Shown here one piece after another: positions 37,788 through 46,594 of a stretch of DNA of 64,000 bases (positions are counted from its first letter, which is position 1; every line of letters begins with the position of its first letter). Under the pieces are notes generated by a model. It was not told the origin of the DNA. It made no database searches and saw only the letters and a list, made by a program, of their open reading frames with translations. The DNA comes from an uncultured Desulfurellales bacterium (lineage in GTDB: Bacteria; Campylobacterota_A; Desulfurellia; Desulfurellales; Hippeaceae). The stretch spans positions 33,676-97,675 of the forward strand of contig CAZIZT010000027.1 in assembly GCA_964544085.1 (NCBI GenBank), given 5' to 3'. A program made the position numbers and the translations under genes.

Positions 37788-38978
37788 TTAATTGAGCTCC
37801 TTGATTTTTAGCATCTGAAATGACATGAAAATTATGATAATACCGCTTACAATGAGGATTGACCTTGTACCGATTAGAGAAACAAGCACGCCGGTCAAAG
37901 CATAACTCACCGGCAGAAGCGACAGGGCAATGGCTCCAAGAAAAGACATAATCCTGCCTAAAACTTGATCGGGCAAACGCTTCTGGTATACCGAGATTAT
38001 GCTTACGTTGGAGATGTTTACTCCTGCTCCAATTAGAAACAGGCTCAGCAGCGAGATATAGAAATTGCAGAGTGTGCCGAAGACAATAAACATCACACCC
38101 ATAAGAAGGGTGCTGAAAGATACAACAATCCTATCCGATGTGGTTATTCGTACACTTCCCATGACAATTGATGATACAAAGATGCCCGCTGCGAATGCAC
38201 CCATCATAAAACCTATGCCCTTTGCACCCATGTGGTATATGTTACCGGCAAACAGCGGGATTATGATTGTGACAGAACCGTAAAACAGGTTGATAATGGC
38301 GGCTTTTCCGATGAGCCTGGATACTATCGGATGCTGTTTGATTAGCTTAAGCCCATCCTTTATGGAGGCAATAAACGATGTCACCTGTGCCTGAACCGAT
38401 AGAGCAACCGTTTTGATGCCATACAGCAGTAGCGCGGATAAGAGAAATGATACACCGTTTGCAGCGAAAGCAAGCGGCAAACCGATAAGTGCTATAAGGC
38501 TGACCCCCACAAGTGGCCCTATGAGAATACTGAAGCTCGATCCTATTTGAACAAGCGCATTGGCTTTCGTGATCTCTTCCTGCTTAACAATTTGCGGCAC
38601 GATGGATAGAGAAGCAGGCATGAAGAAGCCCTGAGCCACCGACATAACGACGGTTATAGCGATTAGATTCCACAGATTAAGCGCATGGCTGAAAGCAAGA
38701 AAAGAGAGGGCGAAAACACAAACCGCCTGAACGATGTCGGTGGCAGCCATGATCCTTGCACGTCTCATTCTGTCTGCAATCTGACCGGCAAGCGGTGATA
38801 CCAGCACACCGGGAAGGGAGAATGCAACCATAACGGCGGCTATGATTATACCGGATTTGCCCCACTTGTAGGCTATCCACAGCAGTGCCAGTGAGTGTAC
38901 ACCGTCACCTATGCGCGATACAAAGCGCGACAGGAAAAATCTGAGGAAATACCTGTTTTCTTTGAAGAGTTTAAACAA
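37788..38978 (-). CDS. MFS transporter
   Basis: 396 aa with about 12 TM helices and the MFS loop motif GQIADRMRRARIM between TM2 and TM3. Overlaps the GNAT gene by 8 nt. Confidence 0.8.
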   Translation of the reverse strand: MFKLFKENRYFLRFFLSRFVSRIGDGVHSLALLWIAYKWGKSGIIIAAVMVAFSLPGVLVSPLAGQIADRMRRARIMAATDIVQAVCVFALSFLAFSHALNLWNLIAITVVMSVAQGFFMPASLSIVPQIVKQEEITKANALVQIGSSFSILIGPLVGVSLIALIGLPLAFAANGVSFLLSALLLYGIKTVALSVQAQVTSFIASIKDGLKLIKQHPIVSRLIGKAAIINLFYGSVTIIIPLFAGNIYHMGAKGIGFMMGAFAAGIFVSSIVMGSVRITTSDRIVVSFSTLLMGVMFIVFGTLCNFYISLLSLFLIGAGVNISNVSIISVYQKRLPDQVLGRIMSFLGAIALSLLPVSYALTGVLVSLIGTRSILIVSGIIIIFMSFQMLKIKELN

Positions 38979-40449
38979 CGTTACCCATAACCTCCTTCAT
39001 CATTCTGACCGAATAGTCAAAGAGTGTTTTGGCAAAATCGCTGTATATCTGTATCCTCGATAGGTCTATTTTTGAGTTTAGGTACTGAAATCTTATCGCA
39101 TCCTTGCCATTGAAGGCATAAGGAACCACGCCACAGAAAAAGAAGCCCATCTGTTCAAGCTCTGGCAGGAATTCATCTATCCTTGCATCGTACATCGAGA
39201 TGTTGAGAAGTATAACCTCTGCACCGGTGGATAGTCTCAACTGGTAAAGGGCATTCTTAACCTTTGATGATAGATCCCTTCCAACAGCCGGTACATTGAT
39301 AATACCGAACTCGCCGATAGAGCTGAACTTTGCTGTAACCTGTGTTGTGCTGGAAAAGCGTTCCTCCTCCGGTTGTACAACCCCAAGACCCAGTTTTGAA
39401 TATATCACCATAACCATCTCTCTATGCTTTTCCGGTATGTACAGGTGGCGTGGCTTGAACTCAAGCGGCTTGAAGTAGAACATACACGTTTCCCTTCCCC
39501 TGCCGGGTTTTATGTCCATTTTCCTGAAGCTAAACTCCTTGTATAGCAAACCAAACGAGACGCCGCATGGTGTTGATCCGAATTTCTCGTTGAGCTTTTG
39601 GGTGCGCGTGTGGCTTGTGACCGGCTGGGAATAGATACCCAGTATGTTTAAGCTCCTTGCAACCTCCTCAAGTTTCTGTCTCATTTTGACAACAATACCT
39701 CTGCCTCTGTATTCGGGATCCACGACGGCAAGTCCAAGTTCAACAACATCGCCGTGATCGTATCGCTCTATGGCGTAGTGTCCAACGACACGGCCGTAGG
39801 TTTTATCGACAGCTACTATGGAGACAAGTTTCCCCTGTCTGTTTAAGCTTTCCACAACCTCCGGGTAGTACATATCCTCGTTGGGATAGGTGTAACCGTA
39901 CGCCTTGTAGATCAAACGGGTTACCTGATACGCATCCTCGGGGTTTAGAATTTCAATTGAGATGTTGTCAGTGGGCGGTTCCTGCTTTTCCTTTGTTGGA
40001 GGTTTGAAGGAGGTTATAGCCTTTCTTGGTCTGCGGAAGCGTATTCTTAACTCCTTGCCCTGTTTGCCGTGATTGATCCACTCTAACTTGTAGCAGGTGT
40101 TTCTTATGATTTTCAGCTGCAGTTCACTTATATCATCACCAGTTTCATAGGGTTTCACACCGAAGGGCAATCCCTTGTCGAAGAAAGAGAGCACAAACTC
40201 CACCTCTCCAATGGAGGCAACGAGTTTTATCTCGGACTCCTCGTCTTCCTCAAAGGCACTCGTCAGGGTGTACACGAAAGCCTCTTCAGCTATCAGCTCA
40301 AACTTCAGCAGTTCGGCATCCTCAAAGCCAGCTATCTGTGCAGTGGTTGATGCAAAGCCCCTGACAACAGAAAGCAGGGCTATGTCGTTGGGCACTATCA
40401 GGCTGCAGCTTAAGGTGTTTTTGCTTGGCTTTTTATTTTGATCTTTCAT
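38971..40449 (-). CDS. Three-part protein: N-terminal anti-sigma-factor/HATPase-like domain, central GNAT acetyltransferase, C-terminal uncharacterised domain
   Basis: 492 aa. Residues about 15-135 resemble the RsbW/SpoIIAB fold (FELIAEEAF...VLSFFDKGLPF...ELRIRF). The GNAT core is GHYAIERY...LAVVDPEYRGRGIVVKM. The last 180 aa or so are unassigned. Confidence 0.6.
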   Translation of the reverse strand: MKDQNKKPSKNTLSCSLIVPNDIALLSVVRGFASTTAQIAGFEDAELLKFELIAEEAFVYTLTSAFEEDEESEIKLVASIGEVEFVLSFFDKGLPFGVKPYETGDDISELQLKIIRNTCYKLEWINHGKQGKELRIRFRRPRKAITSFKPPTKEKQEPPTDNISIEILNPEDAYQVTRLIYKAYGYTYPNEDMYYPEVVESLNRQGKLVSIVAVDKTYGRVVGHYAIERYDHGDVVELGLAVVDPEYRGRGIVVKMRQKLEEVARSLNILGIYSQPVTSHTRTQKLNEKFGSTPCGVSFGLLYKEFSFRKMDIKPGRGRETCMFYFKPLEFKPRHLYIPEKHREMVMVIYSKLGLGVVQPEEERFSSTTQVTAKFSSIGEFGIINVPAVGRDLSSKVKNALYQLRLSTGAEVILLNISMYDARIDEFLPELEQMGFFFCGVVPYAFNGKDAIRFQYLNSKIDLSRIQIYSDFAKTLFDYSVRMMKEVMGNVV

Positions 40450-43135
40450 CTATTACAAGCCTTATCTTGCCGGTTCTTGGGTTTCTCTCAATTGTATTGT
40501 ACGGCACAATCTTCACATCTATATCGTTTATAAGCCCCTCAGCGTACATCGTGCTCAATTCCTTTGATCTGCTTCTTATAGCCTTCTTAAGCCTTTCTTC
40601 GTCTTCAGCCGTTATGTTCGTGTATCCATCTTTTGCCTCGACTATAACAACAAGTGTATCCCTGGCGTTTTCAGTTTTTGCTTTCATCTGGAAATGGTTA
40701 CTCAAAAAGTCAAACTGTGCTATAGCACCAGCCACCACTTCAGGGTATATATTGCCACCACCTATAATCAGCACATCATCGCTTCTACCCAGCAGCTCAA
40801 ATACCCTTGTTTTTCTACCACATGCACACTCTGTCTCCACCCATCTTGCCATATCGCCAACTTCGTACCTTATCGTGGGCATCAGTTTTCTAAACAGGTT
40901 TGTTACAACCACCCTCCCGGGTTCACCTATTCTACAAGGCTCATCGTTGTCGTTTAAAATCTCCATGTAGTGCACATCTTCATGCACATGGTAGAATCCT
41001 GATGGCAGGTGCCTGCACTGATAGCCTATGGTCCCCGTGTCGTTGGTCGTGTAATCTGTGGAAGAGAACCTTTCAACGCCGAGTATGCTCTTTATGTATT
41101 CCCTTGCTTCGTTGAAGAGATGCTCACCGCCTGTTACTATTTTCTTTATCTTGAGGTTGAGTCTGTTTTTCTCAACGTACTCAGCAATGGATATGGCAAC
41201 CGACGGTATCGTGATGAAACCCGTTGCACCGAACATCATGAGGTTGTTAACCACAGCCTCTATTGAGATATTGCCGCTTATGGGCAAAACCCTGCATCCG
41301 ACAACCTCGAGTGCCATATTGAACGAGACAAAAGACGCCCACATGTTACCGGCAAACAGTAGATTAGCCACAACGTCGTTTTCGTCGAATATGGAGAGCT
41401 TGAGACCTTTACCTAATTTGTATGCATTGAACCACTGCTCCTCGAACGTCCTGTAAACAACCTTGGGTTTGCCTGTGGTACCACCGCTTGCAAAGACAAA
41501 GCCCCTGGGGTTGTCATCTGTTAGAAGCCCACTGCCAAAGGGAGGAATGTATTGCTTGTAATCATCGCCGGTCAAGAGCGGAACCTTCCTGAACTCCTCA
41601 AAGCTGTCGATTCTATCGATATCCCTGTATCTTTCCTTCAACAGCGGTGAATGCTCCTTAGCGTATTTGAAAACCTCGTTTATGCGTATAAGAGTCAACC
41701 TGTCTCTTTCTTCCTGCGGCAGGAAATCAAAGTAGTCCTCTTCAGGGTTATACGTGTGTTTGGGGATGGTAATATCCCACTGGGCTTCCAGTTTATCGCG
41801 TGAAAGCGAAATCCACTTCACAAGCTCGCTAAGGCCCCTTGTACCATCATGCGGCGTGCCGTGTTTCCTTGTGGCCATTCTGCCCGCCTCGACAAACCTA
41901 TCGGCACCCACATCACCGAGCTTATCCGCAAGATCCGCTGCAGTCTCATCATCAACAACCAGAGCGACAGACTGCATATACTCGCCCATCGGTTCCACGG
42001 CTTTGATCACGTCAAATACACTGTCGATTGCTTTTACAAAGAGCGTTCTGTTCTGGCACGATATCTGAAATTGCTTATCCTTCTGGTAAACGACCGTGCT
42101 TAAGCCCTTTTTGCCTATCTTAAAATCACTTACTCCCAGTGCCTTTTCAACCTTGGCAAGTTCTCTTACCTTATTTATCTCGACAGCCTCGTCATCGTAA
42201 ACCTCACCCTGCGGCAGTGTATCAAACCACTCATCGAAGCTCTCAGCAACCTTCTCCATGAGCTTAAGTGCGTTGTCTTCACCTTCCACATAGACCACGT
42301 GGGGCGATGAACAGGCTGACTGCTCCCACATAAGGGCATCCTTAGCAATCATACGCGCCACATTGTCTATGCCCCTTTTCTTTAATTCACCTTCCTGCAC
42401 CACTATAAAGCTGTACTTTGGTCCGTATTCAACCAGTTTGGTGTGAAGCCCCAGGTCCTTTCTGTAGCTTAAAACCGTGTCTCTTCCACCGTAGACAACG
42501 ATGCAGTCGGCAAGCTGCTTTAGGGGTTTCTCAACAACCTCATTGCCCCCCTTCCAGTGGATTAACGCCATGGCTTTGTGCAAAACGCCCGTTTCATCGT
42601 TTTCCTTTAAGCTTTTTGCAAAAAGCACCGGAAACAGCGGATCAACGGTGGACATCTTCATAATGTTCACGTTTTTGGTGATTATACCCTGAATAAGACT
42701 ATCCACACCGCCTACAAACACGTTACCTGCTGAAACATGTACAACCACACCGCGCGGTTTTGCCATGATGTAGCCCTTAAAGGTCGGATGGTAAACCCAC
42801 TCGTCGAGGTACTTGAAATCACCAAGATCGGTGTTCAGTCTTATCATAAGGTTTCTTTTTTTGAGAAGGTCGCACATACTCTTTATGCCTTCCTCTACCA
42901 TCTCCCTTGAGAAACCTATCATGGAAGGGAGCTTTTCAAGTGCTTCCTTTCTGTATGGGTAGTTCTCATCCATCCAAAGGTGGGAGAGTTTATCGAGGGT
43001 CTCTACGATCTGTTGCATCTTCAGGTTCGCTACTTGCTGTTTTAGGGACTTTGCCTCATCCATAATTTCGTATATCTTTTCCCTGCCTAAGGGAGAGTCG
43101 AGCTCTTCCAGCCTGCCGAACAGATAAAATTCCAT
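40433..43135 (-). CDS. Fusion protein: LuxC-type acyl-CoA (thioester) reductase N-terminal half plus PaaK/F390-synthetase-like adenylating C-terminal half
   Basis: Start taken at ATG 43135 (AGGAGG RBS), which gives 900 aa. The LuxC-like half has the catalytic-Cys context EQSACSSPH. The ligase half has the ASGGTTGKPK P-loop, GYQC, RYEVGD and CACG. Confidence 0.75.
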   Translation of the reverse strand: MEFYLFGRLEELDSPLGREKIYEIMDEAKSLKQQVANLKMQQIVETLDKLSHLWMDENYPYRKEALEKLPSMIGFSREMVEEGIKSMCDLLKKRNLMIRLNTDLGDFKYLDEWVYHPTFKGYIMAKPRGVVVHVSAGNVFVGGVDSLIQGIITKNVNIMKMSTVDPLFPVLFAKSLKENDETGVLHKAMALIHWKGGNEVVEKPLKQLADCIVVYGGRDTVLSYRKDLGLHTKLVEYGPKYSFIVVQEGELKKRGIDNVARMIAKDALMWEQSACSSPHVVYVEGEDNALKLMEKVAESFDEWFDTLPQGEVYDDEAVEINKVRELAKVEKALGVSDFKIGKKGLSTVVYQKDKQFQISCQNRTLFVKAIDSVFDVIKAVEPMGEYMQSVALVVDDETAADLADKLGDVGADRFVEAGRMATRKHGTPHDGTRGLSELVKWISLSRDKLEAQWDITIPKHTYNPEEDYFDFLPQEERDRLTLIRINEVFKYAKEHSPLLKERYRDIDRIDSFEEFRKVPLLTGDDYKQYIPPFGSGLLTDDNPRGFVFASGGTTGKPKVVYRTFEEQWFNAYKLGKGLKLSIFDENDVVANLLFAGNMWASFVSFNMALEVVGCRVLPISGNISIEAVVNNLMMFGATGFITIPSVAISIAEYVEKNRLNLKIKKIVTGGEHLFNEAREYIKSILGVERFSSTDYTTNDTGTIGYQCRHLPSGFYHVHEDVHYMEILNDNDEPCRIGEPGRVVVTNLFRKLMPTIRYEVGDMARWVETECACGRKTRVFELLGRSDDVLIIGGGNIYPEVVAGAIAQFDFLSNHFQMKAKTENARDTLVVIVEAKDGYTNITAEDEERLKKAIRSRSKELSTMYAEGLINDIDVKIVPYNTIERNPRTGKIRLVIDERSK

Positions 43136-43148
43136 TTTTTCCTCCTGC

Positions 43149-44270
43149 TTATGCATTTTTGAGCAGCTCTGCCGCCGTGATGGCGCATCCTTTGTGTTTC
43201 TGTTTGCCGGCCCTTCCTAAAAGCTCGATGTAAGGCGTTTTTATGCCGCAGGTGCAATTGTTTTTCAGCATGCCGTAATCTGTGGAGAGTATCGAAATAG
43301 TGGGCTGGGCAAGGTTGTATGGCGACAGAAGATGCAAAAGGCCCTTTTTAGCAAAACCCAGAAACTCCAGATGACCCGGTTTTCTCACAAATACGGATGC
43401 ATAAATGGGCACATGGAAGTGCCCTTCGCGGCAGGTGAGATACGGTACGCCATGCTCAACGAATCCATAGATGTCTCTGAAGTTGCTCATCGGTATACCC
43501 AATGTCTCATGTATCTCTTTTTTGAAGAGCTCATACGGTATGCTTTTTTCCTGCTTATCCTTCCAGCCGCCACCTGTTATTACCATGCTTTCTTCGTGGT
43601 TGAAATCGTAGCTTAAGTGTTTCTCTTTTAGGGTAAGCGCTATCTCGTGCATAAATGCCGGAAAACCAACCAGCCTCAGTGGTGTGTTTTTATCCTTTGC
43701 ATACTCTTCAAGCTTCTTCAAAACACCGTCCTCGTCGAATTGTGGAACGCCTTTTTCGTTAGCGTGTATGGCGAAGAACTTATCTTTAGCAGGGGCAAAT
43801 GTGGTGTACATATTGTGCGTGTAGGCTGCTCCTTTGTTGCCTGCAATCTCTGGATCGTAACTAAAAACAATATAGTTTACCGGTTTCTGTGTCGGTACGC
43901 CCACAGCCTTGACTATGCGCTCCCTCATCCTATTCTGCCTTTCTTTGGATGCGGTATCACACAGGACATGGCTCTTCTGACCGCTTGTTCCGCTCGATGT
44001 GAACTCATATGCTATCTCCTCTTCTGGCAGTGTTCTGAGCGTGTACCACTTCAGAACGTTGACCATGATGTGCGGTATGTGCCTGATATCGTCGGGTGTT
44101 TTCAGATCGTCCGGAGAAAAATCCTCGAAATCGCATACCTTTCTGTAGACCTCGTTGCGCGTGTAGTGAAATTCGAACACCTCCTTCATTGCTTTAAAAT
44201 AGATTTCTCTGCATTCGTCGCTGGTGCAATACGGATCTTCTATTGTAAACAGCCTATCGAGATACTCCAT
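43149..44270 (-). CDS. LuxE-family acyl-protein synthetase / acyl-adenylate-forming enzyme
   Basis: 373 aa with P-loop TSSGTSGQKSHV and overall LuxE layout. AAGGAGG RBS. First gene of the cluster. Confidence 0.75.
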   Translation of the reverse strand: MEYLDRLFTIEDPYCTSDECREIYFKAMKEVFEFHYTRNEVYRKVCDFEDFSPDDLKTPDDIRHIPHIMVNVLKWYTLRTLPEEEIAYEFTSSGTSGQKSHVLCDTASKERQNRMRERIVKAVGVPTQKPVNYIVFSYDPEIAGNKGAAYTHNMYTTFAPAKDKFFAIHANEKGVPQFDEDGVLKKLEEYAKDKNTPLRLVGFPAFMHEIALTLKEKHLSYDFNHEESMVITGGGWKDKQEKSIPYELFKKEIHETLGIPMSNFRDIYGFVEHGVPYLTCREGHFHVPIYASVFVRKPGHLEFLGFAKKGLLHLLSPYNLAQPTISILSTDYGMLKNNCTCGIKTPYIELLGRAGKQKHKGCAITAAELLKNA

Positions 44271-44548
44271 GGAGAAACTCCTCCTTTATAGGTTTTAGAA
44301 TCGATTAAACATAATAACTGTGCTTTACGCTAACTCTATTATACACCTTTTATCAAGTTTTAGAAAGCATATTTGTTTAAAAATGTCAAGTTGCTGCTAA
44401 AGTGCGTTAATGCTGCCAACTTAGGGTTTGTTTTTGGTTCTTCAATCTGTGTTAATTAATGTTTAAGTATCATAAATCTTACAGAACCATCTTAGAAGGT
44501 TTAACCACTTATACTTAATAATTAACTAACTGGTTACAAAGAGATGTC

Positions 44549-44576
44549 TTGACAAATTAAAGCAAAGTGTTAGAGT
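44549..44576 (+). promoter_or_regulatory. Candidate sigma-70 promoter (TTGACA, 16-nt spacer, TG-extended TAGAGT) for the gltP-like operon
   Basis: cTTGACAaattaaagcaaagTGtTAGAGT lies about 35 nt upstream of ATG 44613. Confidence 0.5.
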
Positions 44577-44612
44577 TCTATGAGTAATAAACATCTACAC
44601 AGGAGGTGGCTT

Positions 44613-45896
44613 ATGGCGAAAGGTTCTTCGTGGCTGTCGTGGTATTTCAAGCCGAGTCTGCTTTTGAGAATCCTCATTGGACTCGTTTTGGGTGCTATCT
44701 TTGGTCTAATCTTTGGTGAAAAGATCATGTGGGTTAAGCCCTTCGGCGAAGTCTTCGTGAGATTGCTTAAGATGATCGTCATGCCTGTTGTGATCACATC
44801 ACTTGTGGTCGGTGCTGCAAGCATCGAACCCTCAAGGTTGGGAAGAGTAGGTGTGAAGATTGTCATACTCTATCTAATCACATCTGCTATCGCCGTGGCT
44901 CTGGGTCTGATTTTTGGTAACCTGTTTCATGTAGGAAGTGGTGTGAACCTTGCTGAAATTGGTCATGGAGTTGTCAAGAAGGCTTCTTCTACGAGCTTTG
45001 TGGATACGCTTTTAAACATCATACCGAAAAATCCATTTGCTGCTATAGTTAAGGGGCAGGTTTTGCCTGTAATCTTTTTCTCGATTATCTTCGGTATTGG
45101 CATAGCCTTTTTGAAAGATAGCAAGGATGAGAGGCTAAAGAGCGCAGGTGAGGTTGTATTTAAGTTCTTCGACGGCTCAGCTGAGATTATCTACAAGATG
45201 GTTGGCTGGATTCTGGAGTATGCTCCTATCGGTGTTTTTGCGCTGCTTGCCGTTGTCTTCGCAAAAGAGGGTTCAAAGGCTATTGGACCACTGGCACTCG
45301 TCGTATTCGTTGTGTATCTCGCTCTGATTGCTCATGTGGTAATCACATACGGAACACTCCTGAAGATAAACGGCATATCGCCGCTTAAATTCTTCAACAA
45401 AATCAAAGAGGCATCCATTACAGCATTTGTTACAAGAAGCTCAAGCGGTACTCTGCCTGTGACGATGAAGGTTGCAGAGGAGAATCTCGGCATTGCCAAG
45501 GGTGTTTACTCCTTCACACTTCCGCTTGGTGCGACAATCAATATGGACGGAACAGCTATTTATCAGGGTATATGTGCCCTGTTTGTTGCTACCGCGGTAG
45601 GCGTGCACCTGAGTATAGCCCAGCAGATAACGGTCATCATAACAGCTGTTCTTGCGTCAATCGGTACTGCAGGTGTTCCGGGTGCTGGTGCGATAATGCT
45701 ACTTATGGTGCTGAGCTCTGTCGGGCTTGATCTGTCGGCAAATAGCCCTGTAGCGCTCGCCTATGCGATGATACTGGGTGTGGATGCGCTTCTTGATATG
45801 GGTAGGACATCAGTGAATGTGACAGGAGATTTGACGTGCACCACAATTGTTGCTAAATCAGAAAAAGAGGTTAACTGGGAAGTGCTTCAGAAATGA
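44613..45896 (+). CDS. Dicarboxylate/amino acid:cation symporter (DAACS, GltP-like)
   Basis: Start at ATG 44613 (AGGAGG RBS). Motifs [17 protein letters not shown] and [11 protein letters not shown] are characteristic of the glutamate/aspartate symporter family. Confidence 0.85.
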   Translation: MAKGSSWLSWYFKPSLLLRILIGLVLGAIFGLIFGEKIMWVKPFGEVFVRLLKMIVMPVVITSLVVGAASIEPSRLGRVGVKIVILYLITSAIAVALGLIFGNLFHVGSGVNLAEIGHGVVKKASSTSFVDTLLNIIPKNPFAAIVKGQVLPVIFFSIIFGIGIAFLKDSKDERLKSAGEVVFKFFDGSAEIIYKMVGWILEYAPIGVFALLAVVFAKEGSKAIGPLALVVFVVYLALIAHVVITYGTLLKINGISPLKFFNKIKEASITAFVTRSSSGTLPVTMKVAEENLGIAKGVYSFTLPLGATINMDGTAIYQGICALFVATAVGVHLSIAQQITVIITAVLASIGTAGVPGAGAIMLLMVLSSVGLDLSANSPVALAYAMILGVDALLDMGRTSVNVTGDLTCTTIVAKSEKEVNWEVLQK

Positions 45897-46588
45897 AGAG
45901 GCTCGGCATTATAGGGGGAATGGGTCCACAGGCAACTGTGGACCTGTTTCAAAAAATTATCGATCTTACCCCGGCCAACAGGGACCAGGATCATATACCC
46001 ATCGTTATTGACAACTACCCACAGGTACCGGATAGGACGGCATACCTGTGTGGTGATGGTGAAAATCCCCTTCCATATTTGCTTGAATCGGTAAAAAGGC
46101 TTGAAAGGGCAGGCGTTGATTGCCTGTGCATGGCATGCAACACGGCTCACTACTTTATAGATGAGCTGAGGGCGGCTACGAGCCTTGAATTCATAAGCAT
46201 GGTTGAGTCTGTGCTTAACGATATAAAGAGAAGCCCGCGTCGTTATTCAAAGGTGGGTATTCTTGCAACAGATGGAACAATCAAGGGCAGGGTTTACCAT
46301 AGACCGTTTTCTAAAGCTGGTATTGAGATAGTGGACCTTGATGCTAACCTGCAAAAGATTGTGATGGATGCGATCTATCTTCTGAAGGCGGGCAGAACGC
46401 AGAAAGCCGTTGAAAGGTTCAAAGAGGCTTTAGCCGCCATTGAAAAAGAAGGGTATGAGTGTCTGATTGCCGCATGCACGGAGATACCCGTTCTGTTTTC
46501 ACATGTTAAGGAATATAGCGGCGCAGATGTTTATGATGCCACCTATTCCCTTGCAAAAAGGGTTGTGGAGTACTGTTTTGTTGAGTAA
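45893..46588 (+). CDS. Aspartate/glutamate/hydantoin racemase-family protein (aspartate-racemase-like)
   Basis: 231 aa. N-terminal [11 protein letters not shown] and two catalytic-Cys contexts ([15 protein letters not shown]). ATGA overlap with the symporter gene. Confidence 0.8.
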   Translation: MKRLGIIGGMGPQATVDLFQKIIDLTPANRDQDHIPIVIDNYPQVPDRTAYLCGDGENPLPYLLESVKRLERAGVDCLCMACNTAHYFIDELRAATSLEFISMVESVLNDIKRSPRRYSKVGILATDGTIKGRVYHRPFSKAGIEIVDLDANLQKIVMDAIYLLKAGRTQKAVERFKEALAAIEKEGYECLIAACTEIPVLFSHVKEYSGADVYDATYSLAKRVVEYCFVE

Positions 46589-46594
46589 AGGAAC

